Source: Takakia lepidozioides
Lineage: Eukaryota > Plantae > Bryophyta
DNA: 64,000 nucleotides
NCBI GenBank assembly: GCA_030704615.1
Contig: CM060731.1
Coordinates: 4,030,001 to 4,094,000, forward strand
Reading direction: 5' to 3'
Shown here one piece after another: positions 49,301 through 62,600 of the stretch. Position numbers and translations under genes: made by a program. The stretch's first letter is position 1, and every line of letters begins with the position of its first letter. A model generated the notes under the pieces. That model made no database searches, was not told where the DNA came from, and saw only the letters and a program-made list of their open reading frames with translations.

Positions 49301-51434
49301 GAATTTAGGGAGAGCTGTGGCAGGTAGCACCGTAGTGTAAATATACAACTATCTTAACCTGAATGCCAATAGGTTAAGCAAATAATTTAACCATGTGCAG
49401 CTTGCCATGTGGCAATCTGTCACAGATGTAAGGGAAATAGCTATCTGCTAGTGCAAATGGAGCTTTAGATGAATGTATCACCTGAGGCAGCCTCTTCAAT
49501 TTCTCGTCAAGCCCTTTCCGCATTTCCAGAACTCGTCTTGCTTTTGCCAAAGCATCAAGGCTCATATTTGGGGCTTTCCCTGGCTGTTGTATAGCTGCCT
49601 CTTCAGTTGAAGTTGAAGCCTTCTGAGAAACTCCATCGTGTGAAGAAGAGTTTTGAAGGCGGGAAATATCCACACTGTCACCTGTGGCACTTGCCAATAC
49701 CAATGTGGGGACAGCTGGTGCACCTCCAGCTGAGAACAAAAGTGAGCCAGGAACCATCACTGCTGGAGATGGGCCTGAAGCACTGGTAGATCCACCCTGA
49801 CATTAATGCAATGAAACAAAGAAAGCTCAGGCCAAGTAGAGGCAGATAATGAAGCAATTCAAGTCAAGCGAAGTGCCACAAAAAGCCTTTCTGCTAGGTC
49901 ACTCCCTCCTTGCCCCCTCTTCACTCTGGCAATACCGACCAGAGAGAAAACCTGAGGAATCGAACTCTTGCGAAACCACAGTGCATAGTCTAAAAGTAAA
50001 CAAGCACACTGGCCCTCATGATACAAATTAAGGGACATGAAAAACAGAAATTAAGTGCAAACACAACCAGTTCACCACCCTAGTAACAAAATTTACTGGG
50101 GTTCAAGACCTCAAGATAGGGAAATCGGAGAAAATACGCACCATTGCAGACAAAGACACTCCATTCTCATTCAAAGGCACACCATTCCCATCCTCTCTAC
50201 CAGCTGAACTTCCATTGGTAGCCCGCTGTTGATCAGTTTCCCTTGTCTTAGCAGCAACAGCCACAGAAAACCCTTTTGCATTCTCACCCTTCTCTTCCTT
50301 AGGACTGTCCTGCTTGACAATCTCCAACTCATCTTCAGGGCCAGACACTTTCCGTTTGACCCCACTGCGGGACTCCCTCTCATACCCCACATTGTTGCTC
50401 TCCCTCTCTCTTCCAACGTTTTTATATCCAGAGACCTCACTAGATTTATCGTCCTTCTTCATAACCTCTTTGTCAGTCTTGCTTTTCTGGTCCTTACTCT
50501 TTTCCTCCCTACCCGAGTCTTTCGATCGCTGGCCATCCCTCCTAGCTTCCTCATTGTCCCTCACTCTACCTCTGCGGCCATCCCTTCCGTTTTCCTCCTC
50601 CGCATGCAGATGCTTCTGTTCTTTCAGGGTGCCTCTGTCCCTGTCTTTATGGCTGTCTTCATGACGGCTCCTAGCCTTTCGGTCTTCCAACCCATCTGTC
50701 TTTCGGTCATCAACACCCTCCTCCATCCCCATTCGCTTTGACGGTTTCCATTCTGACTGGACCCTATCAAAATCACGGTCTTCCACTCCCCTCACAGATG
50801 ATCTCTCCTTTCCCACATGTCCACCATGGTGACTGTGTCTTTCCCTCTCGTAAACACCGTCAGCTAATCTTTCCTTAGCACTTTCCCGATCTTTATGATG
50901 AGAATCCTTGGTGCTCCGCTGATGTTTTTTCTTCTCACTTCTGTCTCTCTTGGCTGCAGTCTCATCGAGAATCTCATCCTCGTGATAATGCCGCTCCTTC
51001 TGCCCCTCACTGCAACCAAACAAAGAGGAGAGAGTGCCAATAAGTTCGGCCAAACACGAACAAAAAGAGGCAATTGCTCAAAAACCACCTCAAGTTATAA
51101 CCTAAACATCTTCATATTTCGATGGAATACTCTATGCAATGTCAGTGGAGTCTCCCTTTCCAGACTAAGGTGAGGGGACTAGGGGAACAAGCCATGGGAA
51201 AAATGGAGGGCACGAAACGTCTCATGATAATCTTCAGTTTCGTGTCTCCCTGCTTTTAGGGTTAACAAACCCCTCGTGGTTTGGACAAGGGAGTGCAACA
51301 GAAAAAAACGGAAACATGCATAATGAGCGAAAGAAACCATACCTTGCACGCAACTTCTTCAAATCAGGTACCGACACTTCGGATTCTGCACGCTGTCTCT
51401 TCCGCTTCACTGTTGCGTCCATCACATGCGACAT
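46372..51434 (-). CDS. PRP3: U4/U6 snRNP splicing factor Prp3 (Arabidopsis RDM16 homologue), multi-exon
   Basis: PVLRLDAQGREIDEHG, STLKVNINKQKKEAFQIL, FQFVEEGKW, PIPDLEWWD, VEHPVPIDPP, LKLTKKEQKKLRTQRR, GLLEPPKPKVKMSNLMKVL and the C-terminal domain ending HYWDLA. Charged N-terminus. Exon 1 (51434-51343) splices in frame to 51009. Confidence 0.95.
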
Positions 51435-53464
51435 GGTAGATCCAGCGCAAGAGAGATACAATAAATCCTTGTAACACAAACTCCGATGTTGCGAGGCACG
51501 CTAACAAGAAAGAACGATCCAAATCAGAGTGAGGACCGGCCCCGCGGCAGCACAGGCGGTGGGAGAGACACACACACACACCTAGAGGAAGGGGATGGAG
51601 GAGAGAGAACACGGATAGAACACGGATGAGAAAACTCAGATAGATGAACAACGTTATGCCATCCACTATTCCAGTGTATCCAGATGAATGTTGGGTGGAT
51701 GTGCTAAACATGGATGTATTGTACCGCACGTGTGCTGCGTTTTTCTGCGCTTTCATGGGCAGTGCTCGGAGGGAGACGATGGCGGAGGTCCTGTTTTCGC
51801 CTTGCGCTGGACGGGGGCCAGGGTTAACGTCATGCAGCATATTAACGGGGCAGACTGCTGTGGAGCTGATATGCAGATTAGCACTTCCAGACCCGAGACC
51901 CTTGAAAACGATGGCTATGACTCCAGGGCAGTCGAAGCCAGGTATATACAGAGAGTCAACTTTTTTGGGTCTGCAAAGTACGACACCCAGGTTTTCTTTG
52001 TGCTTGATTTACTCATAAATTCCACACACTTGGGTCGAAGTAATTCATGCAAGGTTTCTAGAGGAATGTGATTGTAATCGACACTGTCTTCCATCGAGAT
52101 GTGACACACATTGCTGTGGTTCCCCCCTGAAATACAATTGGAAGTCATACCGAGGGCTGGGTAATACATGGGATAACTTCTGTGTAATACTATGAAATAA
52201 CAAGTTTATATGCTTGGATTTTTTTGATTTGTCACGTGAGCCGGATGAAGAAAAAGTTTCACATACGGTTCCATGGGGGGATAGACATTCTCAGTGACTG
52301 TTCCCTTCCAATTCTTGAGGACGTAGTGCCTGCAGGATATTACTCCAGTCAGAGCCAATTGTGTGGACTTTAAACCAGCAGGTTATGGCTCAGCCCGGAA
52401 ACCAGTGGTATACATAATCCCATTACAGGCAATTGATTTGGTACACATGTCATGCTAGACAATTCAATGTCTATCTCAGCACTACTGCAGTACCCCCAAT
52501 TGAGACAGCTGTCACACTTGTCGCTGTGATGATTATGCCGCTGCCAGTCACATTTTGCTTGAGAAAGTGTCTCTACTTAGGGAGATAGAAAAGAGGATAG
52601 TCTAATGCCACACGAACACTAGCATTTCTTAATACAATCATTTGGGGCTGCTTAAGGTCTACGTTGAACTGGTGTTTGCATTCAGGCCAAGCAGTAAGCT
52701 CAGATTGGCTGTGGCAGGAGTCCATGTCAGATGCTTCACAAGGGTGGGACAACAGATTTTATAAGGTGAGGCTATCTCTATTGTTACCCTCATCACTTGT
52801 TGTTCGGAGAGTCAAAATGACGTTGATGTTTTCTCAGTGACCTTGGTATGATGATGTTCATTGGTGTACTGGGCCATGGTTTTTGTGCTTTGATGATGAG
52901 TGAGAAATCAGTCAATTGGCAACCAATGTTAGCATTGAAACTAGTTTAACTTAAAAGATGGGGTGTGTAGGTTGATTTGATGCTTGTGGAGTGTCGGTGG
53001 CTGTATCCTGGTCTGCACAAAGGCTGTGGTTGAACCTATAGCTTCTCAGCTGCACAATCATGTTTCTTTCAGAGAAATCCAACATCACCAGGCTTCAGAC
53101 ATAAGCGAACAAAGGAGGTCCTTTGCCTTGAGAGTAGTTCGAACCCTCCTTGGGTAACATCAGAGGTAGCTGCCAGGATGCAAGCTCGAGAACAGTTTGC
53201 TGATGGTTGTAATGGTGACGTGCACCATGGAGCTGTACGCCAACCTCGGGTATTGGTTTGATGACCATTCAAGGGTTCCCACACAAACATATAGAAGTGG
53301 TACAGTTCTTTCTCAACTGCAGTAAAGTGTAACACTGTCAAAATTTGGCAAGATGCCCGTCTTTGTGGAGAGAGCTTTCTTTGAAGTATCTAGGTGCTTT
53401 GGGTCAATTATAAACGAAGGTTTGTAACAAACTTCTGAGTCATGCAGGATGGCAGGGTGCACAG

Positions 53465-55684
53465 TTGGTCGTTGGACATCAGATCAGCGGCAGGGTTTGC
53501 ACCTCCATGCTTACCACTGCATTAGAAGGGGCACCAACAGTGCAAGTCAACAAGCAGTCTACTGTTACTTGTGCGGATGTGAGGACACTATGTAAGGCAG
53601 GCCGACTGAAAGAGGCTCTGCACTTGTTGAACCAACCAGGTATTCAGGCAGACTCCATAACTTATGTCACTCTCTTGCAAGAGTGCATTAAGATGAAAGA
53701 CCTAACAGATGGAAAGCAGGTGCATGCCCTCATTTTGCAGAGTGGATTCAAGCCAACCATCTTTCTGCTCAACACCCTTGTCAACATGTATGCCAAGTGT
53801 GGGAATGTGGGAGATGCACGCCAAGTGTTTGACAATATGCCTGAACGAGATATGTTCACGTGGGCTACAATGATAGGAGGGTATGCCAAGCCAGGGCATG
53901 CTGACGAGGCTTTCAATATTTATGAGCAAATGAAAGGGGAAGGGTTCATGCCTGATAGGGTCACTTTCACCTGCATTCTCAATGCCTGTGCAAGCCTAGG
54001 AGCCCTGGAAAAGGGTAAGGAGGTCCATGCTGAGGTCATCAAAGCCAAAATTGCGCCAGATATCATTCTGGAAACTGCCCTTGCTAACATGTATGCAAAA
54101 TGTGGGAGCATGAGTGATGCACAACAAGTGTTTGACAATATGGGCGAACGAAATGTGATATCATGGAATGCAATAATTACAGGATATTCTCAGCATGGAT
54201 GTGTTAAGGAGGCATTCCGCATCTACAAGCAAATGCAACAGGAAGGAATGTTGCCAAACAGGGTCACATTTATTTGCATTCTCAATTTGTGTGCCAGACT
54301 AGGAGTCCTGGAGAAGGGGAAAGAAGTCCATGCTGACATCGTCAAAGCTCAAATTGTGTCAAACTTCACTTTGGAGACTGCCCTTCTTGACATGTACATC
54401 AAATGTGGGAGCATAAAGCATGCTCACCAAGTGTTCAAAAATTTGGTTGAACGGGATGTGGTCTCATGGAGTGCGATGATTGCCGCATATGCTCAGCATG
54501 GGTGTGGGAGGGATGCACTCGATATGTATGAGCAGATGCAACGGGAAGGGGTGATCCCAAATAGGGTAACATTTATTTCTGTTCTTAATGTGTGTGCCAG
54601 CTTAGGAGCCCTGGAAAAGGGCAAGGAGGTCCTTGCTGACATCCTCAAAAGTGGAATTGTGCCAGATATTGTTCTGGAGAACACAATTGTGGACATGTAT
54701 GCCAAATGTGGGAGCATGCAGGATGCACTTCAAGTGTTCCACAATATGGCTACACGAGATGTGTTCTCATGGAGTGCAATGATTGCAGCATGCGCTCAGC
54801 ATGGCTGTGGTAGAGAGGCCCTGCAGCTATTTCACCAAATGCAACAAGAAGGCTTGAAGCCCAACTGTATCACCTTTGTATCTCTTCTTTATGCATGTGG
54901 CCATGTGGGTCTAGTGGATGAAGGCTGTTACTACTTTGGTGTTATGAGCCGACATCATGGCCTCACCCCCACAGTGGAACATTATGGCTGCATGGTGGAC
55001 ATTCTTGGCCGTGCAGGGCGATTGGATGAGGCAGAGGACTTCATTAACAAGATGCCAATCCAACCGGATGCTGGAGTGTGGAGAGCTTTGCTTGGCGCCT
55101 GCAGAATTCATGGCAATGTCGAGGTAGCAGAACGTACAGCAAATTGCCTTCTCAAGAGTGATCCACTCCATTCTTCAGCTTATGTGCTGCTATCAAATAT
55201 TTATGCTGCTGCTGGCAGGTGGGATGATAGAGCAAAGGTGAGGAAAATGATAGAGGACAGAGGTGTTAAAAAGGAGCCAGGACGTAGCTGCATTGAGGTG
55301 GGCAAGCTGCTGCATACGTTTGTCGTGGAAGACAAATTGCATCCACAAATTGAGGAAATACATGCTGAACTGGAAAGATTGTCCGTGTTGATGAAGGAGG
55401 CAGGATATGTGCCTGACACCCGCTTTGTGTTGCATGATGTTGACGAGGAGCAAAAAGAAGGTTCACTTTGCCATCACAGTGAGAAGCTGGCCATCGCTTT
55501 TGGGCTCATTAGCACGCCTCCTGGGACACCTGTCCGGGTCATAAAGAACCTTCGGGTGTGTGGTGACTGCCATACGGCCACCAAGTTCATATCAAAGATT
55601 GTTGGACGAGCAATTGTTGTACGGGATGCCAACCGTTTTCACTCTTTCCAAGATGGGGTCTGTTCTTGTGGGGATTACTGGTAA
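53465..55684 (+). CDS. PLS-class PPR protein with E1-E2-DYW domains (RNA editing factor), paralogue of 1189-3099
   Basis: 739-aa ORF with about 14 motifs (L-S-(P-L-S)x3-P2-L2-S2), KEPGRSCIEV, HSEKLA, CGDCH and CSCGDYW. First ATG is at 53507, and upstream spliced exons are possible. Confidence 0.96.
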   Translation: MVVGHQISGRVCTSMLTTALEGAPTVQVNKQSTVTCADVRTLCKAGRLKEALHLLNQPGIQADSITYVTLLQECIKMKDLTDGKQVHALILQSGFKPTIFLLNTLVNMYAKCGNVGDARQVFDNMPERDMFTWATMIGGYAKPGHADEAFNIYEQMKGEGFMPDRVTFTCILNACASLGALEKGKEVHAEVIKAKIAPDIILETALANMYAKCGSMSDAQQVFDNMGERNVISWNAIITGYSQHGCVKEAFRIYKQMQQEGMLPNRVTFICILNLCARLGVLEKGKEVHADIVKAQIVSNFTLETALLDMYIKCGSIKHAHQVFKNLVERDVVSWSAMIAAYAQHGCGRDALDMYEQMQREGVIPNRVTFISVLNVCASLGALEKGKEVLADILKSGIVPDIVLENTIVDMYAKCGSMQDALQVFHNMATRDVFSWSAMIAACAQHGCGREALQLFHQMQQEGLKPNCITFVSLLYACGHVGLVDEGCYYFGVMSRHHGLTPTVEHYGCMVDILGRAGRLDEAEDFINKMPIQPDAGVWRALLGACRIHGNVEVAERTANCLLKSDPLHSSAYVLLSNIYAAAGRWDDRAKVRKMIEDRGVKKEPGRSCIEVGKLLHTFVVEDKLHPQIEEIHAELERLSVLMKEAGYVPDTRFVLHDVDEEQKEGSLCHHSEKLAIAFGLISTPPGTPVRVIKNLRVCGDCHTATKFISKIVGRAIVVRDANRFHSFQDGVCSCGDYW

Positions 55685-56640
55685 ACACATAACATGCATC
55701 AAAGAGATGCAGCCTCCCAAACCTGAGGGGAGGAAGGCTGTCATTTTTGCAAAAAAATTTGTGAGCAAAGAGTAAAGATGAACCAAGAAATTTGTGTTGT
55801 TGATTTCAACAGTCACACAAGGTGATGATTCACAAATTATCTCTGAACAGGACGCAGAAATATCTTCATAGTATACCTATTTTCTGGATATATTTCAGGG
55901 GACAAGAGGCTGAGGAAATCTCCTCAAGGTAGAAAGTTTGGCAGTGTGATCACCAATCACTGACGAAAGCTTGGGTATTTAGGCTGTGAAGAGGGCTTTC
56001 TCAAGAGTGACTTGGAGACATCAGTCTCTCTACAAATGTCGTCACTGCAGCTTCCACTGAAACCTTTCCTTTACTCTACTGTGCAAGAGGGGCTTAACCA
56101 TTGAGTTCAGTTTTACAGAAGATTATATGTGGCGCCCTTTTCAATTAAATGAGCAGGGCCGGGCGGGTAGGGGGGGCACTGGCGGAGCCGGGAGAAACGG
56201 CGGGTCATGCGAGAAGGGACGGCCGCTGCAAGTTCGGGGAATGTTCTTGACGCCGTGCGACGTGCCGGCCCGCGAACGTGTTGGATGGATGACTCTCCGT
56301 CCGTTCGGCAATGCGTTAGTAACTTGAACGCTTTTCATCTTGTCTATGCAACGACTGTAAACCCTGCGGGGTTTATAGCCCTGCAAAACCTCGGGAGAGG
56401 AGCTCTACCGCCATGGCGCACAGAAGTGAATGATATAAAGTATGTATTGTCTCTCCGTCTGGCAGGGATGCACGAGGATGGAGAGCACGCGGATTACGAC
56501 GGACGAGTGCTCGAAGGGGGATGACGTACAGAGGGTAGGGGGGAAGCAAAATGTAGCTGAAATGGGGTGCACTACGAGTTGCCTGGGGGATGCAAATGAG
56601 GAAGCCATGCCGTGAGATGTATCATTGAGTCCCAAGGAAC

Positions 56641-59600
56641 ATGGATTGGCAGCAGGGAGTCGCCGCACCGAATGTTGATGCGGTAAGGGTGTCTGGTAGT
56701 AATGTGGATAGAGGAGAGGAGGGCCGCGATACTGCTATGCTTTTGAGAGAAGACATCGAGCACGCCTCTCCAGGTACCGGGCTTGAGACTGAAATGTTGC
56801 AAGGACGGGAGTCTGAGGTTTCCTCAGAAAGTTTACGGGTTCCTGTGGTGGATGGATCCGCGGAAATTGATGATGCGCAAACGAAAGACAATGAAGAGGT
56901 CAACAATTTCCTTGACTTGCAGTTAGGAGTAAAAGTAGCACAGCCTGAGCAGGATCTCATGAGCACTGGAAATGAATCTGAAGTCGGGGTACCTGTGTCT
57001 AGTACGGATGAAGTGAAGGGCAGCACTGAAAGTGCAGCTAATGAGGAAGCTAGAGAAGATGCCAACAATTTCTGTAATATTGAGAAGGAATGTTTTCGAG
57101 GACAAAAAGAAGAGGTCTTTCTTGGCATTGGGGAGGTTTCTACAGGGGACACTTTTGCGGATGAAGATGTGAAGGGTGGATACATTGAAAAATTCTCAAG
57201 CAAATTTGGAAATGCGGAGGAGATCCCCAGGCAGCTCTATGAAACCGCTGAAGTGTCAGATGGCCAAAATCGAAGGGATCCAGCTGCTGCAATGCAATGC
57301 TCTGGAGAAGTGCCACTGAGAAGCTCTCCAGTTTTATCCCTTGAATCACTTCCCACAGTCATGGATCCGTCTACTGCTGCGCGGAGTGTGGACCAGGTAG
57401 CCTCACACAGTGCACACCTATCGACTGAGGAGTGCAGTAGTTCAGACGAGTCTCGCAGTACTGTCGGGGAGGGAAGGGCTATGGATAATTATAACGAAAT
57501 CTCTCAGCATAAAGATCAATCAGCTGGAAATGGTATGTCGGGGGCATGGACTCAAGAGACTTCACGAGAGGGGAGCAGCTGGCTACTGTCAACTCCAACT
57601 GGAGTGGAAACTCCGGAGAGCAAGGAACGCTTGGAAGCGTTCCCATTGCTCGAATCTGGGTTCGGCTCATTATCTAGTTCAGGAGCTGGGGCATCTCGAC
57701 TAGCAATTACTGCTTCAGACGGTCAAGGTGCAATTGATACAGAGGCCAGCGAGGCATTGTATATGAGTTTGTCACAGGATGAGCACCAAGAGATTTCTCC
57801 CACCACTGAAGGGCGGCAAGCGGCTACCAATGGTGGCGGATTGTTCAGTGCCTTTGAGGCAACGGGAAGGCAGCTTCTGAATAGAGATGTGGTGATTGAA
57901 GAAGAATACAGTGGAAACTTGATGCAAGAGTTGAGTGGAGGCCTAGTTTCATCCAAATCCTTGAATTCCAACCACCAAGGCTCCTTTTCCTCCGACCATA
58001 GCTTGTCATATTCATATCATGAATCAGGCTTATCGCCCACCCCACAGGGCTCCCCACTGTTGCAAAGAGAAGAATCGGTGATGACAAATGCATCACCAGA
58101 ACTCATGCATTTGATCTACTCTGCAATCCAGGGGTCAGATCAAGTCAGTGTGCAGAGATTAAGAATGCTTGTAGGAGGTGAGGAGGGCCTTGTGAAAGAT
58201 GGTAGAAATGTCGAGATGGAGAACGTTGCAGGACTTGTGGTTGATATCCTAATTGTGAAGATGGGGGGAGTGGATGGTTTGGATGAGACCAAGGAAAGTG
58301 CAGCTCCTAGTATAATGCTCAGTGCACGCGCAGCTGTTGTAGCAGGGGAGCTTCTTCCTTGGCTTCCCTGCGAGGGCGATGATGGGATCTCTATGTCTCC
58401 AAGAACTAGGATGGCAAAAGGCTTGGCGCTGGTGCTACAAGGTTGCACCAGGAATCGAGCAATGTGTTCAACAGCTGGCCTTCTGCATGTCCTTTTGTTG
58501 GCAGCTCAATGCATTTTGACTCAAAAAGTGGAGCAGGAGAAGGAGGTCGAGAGCTGGGATACAGGTCCCCTTATAGATTCTATCGAAGCTCTTGGATCCC
58601 ATTGTCTGACTGTGTTGGATCTTCGAGAATGGCTTCACACTGCTGGGATGACATTGTCAACAGGGAAATCATTGGATCTCATCCTCACTTTGGAAAGGAC
58701 AATGCTGTCTGAGGAGACTCGTGGCCCCTCTCATACTTTTGAGTTTGATGGGGAAAGTTCAGGATTACTTGGTCCTGGGGAGAGTAAGTGGCCGTTTGTA
58801 AGCGGCTATGCATTTGCAACGTGGCTGTACATTGAGTCTTTTGCGGATACAGTCAATATGGCTGCAACGGCTGCTGCAATTGCAGCAGCTGCAGCTGCTA
58901 AGATGGGAAAATCTTCAACCATGTCAGCTGCTGCTGCTGCTAGTGCTCTGGCTGGTGAAGGGACAGCTCACATGCCCAGGCTCTTTAGTTTCCTTTCAGT
59001 GGATAATCTGGGAGTGGAGGCTTACTTCCATGGTCAGTTCTTAGTTGTGGAGAGTGACAATGGTAAGGGAAGAAAAGCTTCGCTACATTTTACACATGCG
59101 TTCAAGCCACGGCACTGGTATTTTGTGGGCCTTGAACACACTCACAGGCAAAATCTTCTAGGAAAAACAGACAGTGAGATGAGGCTATACATCGATGGGC
59201 GGCTGTATGAATCCCGTCCCTTGGTGTTCCCACGCTTGTCTAGGCCCCTGGGTTTCTGCTGCATTGGCACAAATCCTCCTCCTGCTATTGCTGGCTTGCA
59301 GAGACGCCGGCGACAGTGCCCTCTGTTTGCTGAAATGGGGCCTATCTATATCTTCAAAGAGCCCCTTGGACAGGAAAGAATGGCGCACTTGGCTGCAAGG
59401 GGGGGTGATGCTGTTCCCTCTTTTGGAGCAGGGGCTGGAGCTCCTTGGTTTGCCAACAACGAGCAGGCAATGTCAGCTGCTGAGGAGGGGGCGGCCCTAG
59501 ATTTGGAGATAGGTCCCCGTCTTCACCTTCTTTACCATCCGAAGCTACTCAGTGGTCGACTGTGTCCAGATGCTTCAGCCTTTGGGGCCTCAGGTAAGAG

Positions 59601-62600
59601 TTTTCTTTCAATACCCTCACAGTTTTCCAATTTTGTGATACTGCCAGTGTTAACTCTTTCTTCATAAGAACAAGAACAAGCGTTATTGCAGGCCTTGTGG
59701 ACTGTCTGCGTGGTTCTGTTTTCTGCTATACTGTGATTGTCTTGGCCTCACTGCAATATCAGTGACCCTAGGCTGATGGCTAATTTAAATATAGTATACT
59801 TCTGATGGTTTTGAGTTTTCCAGGTGTACATAGGAAATCAGCAGAAGTGCTGGGGCATGTCCATGTTGCTGCAAGGATTCGTACTCTTGAGAGCATTTGG
59901 GCAATGGCGGAAGGGGGCCCCATGGCTTTGTTGCCACTGACTGTTGGTGCAGTGGATAAAGATACATTACATCCTAAAGTTGGGAAGGGAATGGTTTCAT
60001 CTTCAGCTTCTTTGCTCTCTGCTCCAATATTCAGAATGCTGTCCGTGACACTTCAGCATTCTGGAAATGCTGAAGAGATTGCAAGAAGCTATGCACCTCG
60101 ACTACTGGCACATTTATTGGGACACCTGGTCTGTGTTCCTTCTCCAGGAGATCCTGAAAGGAAAGCTTTTGAGCAAGCAAGGACAGAAGAAAGAGATGAA
60201 GAACTTGTGGTTGCTGTTGTCTCTCTTGCTCAGGCACCCAAAAATCATGTAGCTCTGAAAGTGCAGCTGTACAGCAGTTTACTGCTTGACCTGAAACTAT
60301 GGAGCTCTTGTTCCTATGGGCTACAGAAAAAACTTCTTTCTTCTCTTGCTGACATGGTTTTCACTGAAGCAGCTACGATGAGGGGTGCAAATGCGGTTCA
60401 GATGCTATTGGATGGATGCCGCCGGTGTTATTGGCTAATTCCAGAGTCAGACTCCATACATATGTTTGCGGGAGGGAGATTATCCCGACCTGCGGGGGAG
60501 TTGAATGCCCTGGTTGATGAACTTATGGTCATTGTTGAGCTCTTATTGGGATCAGCCCACGACCCAACACTTGATGCTGATGTGTGTTCTCTGGTACAAT
60601 TTGTACTTGATTGCCCACAACCTAACCAGGTTTGTCATGGTTCTAACCCTTGTTTCATAATGTCTTTACTTGCACAACTCCTAGCTAGACTTCAACAACG
60701 GATTTGAAGGTATTTGATCTAATCTGGTGTAAAAAGGTTACCAGACTCTTTTGGACAACTAGCAAAGCTGAGGTGGTTGTTTATGTGGGGTTGTACTAAT
60801 CTGGAAGAATTATCGAGCTCCAGTATTGAAAGGTTAATAGAGCTGCAGGGGCTCAAGTTGATCGGTTGCATGAGGTTGCAGAGAGTTTGCCACCATCAAT
60901 ATTCCATCAACGGATACGCCTGCAAGTGCTTAATTGAGCGAATTGTCAGAACCTGAAAGAGTCCGTGAATCCATTGGGCAGCTACGAAGTCTGACGACAA
61001 AAATCACTAAATTCTGGGAAATACTTGAGAAACATTATAACCCTTTGGGCATGGGATCACACATCAGAGGGTAATTCATAACCGTGGATAACAGTTGGTA
61101 TCATGTCAAACTTGGACATGGAAACCATTCAGTGAAAGTTTAAATTTCTTCCAATTGTGCAATACAGCAGCACATCCCATGGGGAACATGGTTTAGTGTT
61201 GACTCTACTGGCAAGTGATGGTTGTTAAAGTGCGTGTCCTGAGGAGGTGTTTTCTCTTTGCTCAGATAGAATAGAAGCAACAATATTGCACATTGACTTT
61301 CAAACAGTGTGATTTGTTGCTGATGGCTTTTCCCTTCACGAGAAACTGAGTCGGAGGGGTTGCAGGTTGTAAAGCTTGATGTTAGATTCATAATATGCGT
61401 TGATTTGGCGGCTGAACCTGAAATTTAGTTGGCAGGAGAGGTGTGGAGTGATAAAATATGAATGCGAATCTTGCACTTCAATGTGTGAAGCTCAATGCTG
61501 ACTTTATGTTTCAACCAGGTTGCACGGGTTCTGCGTCTTATTTATAAGTTGGTAGTACAGCCCAACACTTCAAAGGCATCTGTCTTTGCAGAGACTCTCC
61601 TTGCCAATGGTGGTGTTGAAATGCTGCTCACTTTGCTGCGTCGTGAGGCGGAGTTTGGAGAGATAGACCCGAAAACGGGTCCAGAGGTGAAGAAGGCCGA
61701 AAATGTTACTGATGTTGATCCGGTTACTATGCATAAAGTGCCAGATGGGGATGTGGTAAGAGATAGTGTTGACAGGCTGGACACAAAAAGCAAGGGTGGG
61801 TCAGAAAATCCAGCAGTTCCTTTGTGTGTAGAAAGCTCTGGATTATGTAAACTAAAAGTTAATGATCATCGGCAATGGCCTCTCCCCACCCAAGAGGTTG
61901 TATCAGCTGCTCGCTCATCTGCCAAAAGATCACGATCAGGAGGAAATTTGGGCGGCATAAGCTTGTCAATCAGTGCTGACAGGGCACGGAACAAGTTTCG
62001 GAATGTGGATTCTGGGGATGGGATCATGGTGGGCATTGTGAGCCTGCTTGGTGCACTGATTTCCGGCAGCCACTTAAAGGTTGTAAGTTTTGCTCTGGCT
62101 GCATCTCAACCTCTGGTAAGTTCATCTGGTTCTGGAAACTCCACGTCAGGAGAAAGCACCCCTGGCGTTGCAGCAACAGCAGTAGTATGGCTTCTATATG
62201 CCATGGAAAAGGCATTTCAGGCGGCACCAAAGAGACTCATGACAGTCAATGTTTATGCTGCTCTCTTGCCTGCCGTAATAAGGTCCGAGGTGAGCAACCT
62301 AGTCCTTTTACCTTGCAGGTCCATATTTTTATTTGAGACTTTTGCACCCCTTCAAAAGCAAATCACAAAGTGGGAGGACATGAGAGAGGAAGCAAATGTA
62401 GGGCTGTCGTATCTCCTTTGGGCACCTCATGGAAGATGGATGAAAAATAATGCAAGGTCATCTGATACCGTACAAAGGTTGCTGCTAACAAAGGACAATT
62501 GGACTGCCCCATGTGAGCTAAGGTGTAGATGTAGTTGATCCTTACATGGCAAGTTCGTGTAATATGTGATTGGCCACCGTGGTGCTGTAAGTGGGGTATT

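Noticed and set aside
50229-50741. Hydrophobic plus-strand ORFs
   Set aside because: Antisense shadows of the charged low-complexity PRP3 exon.
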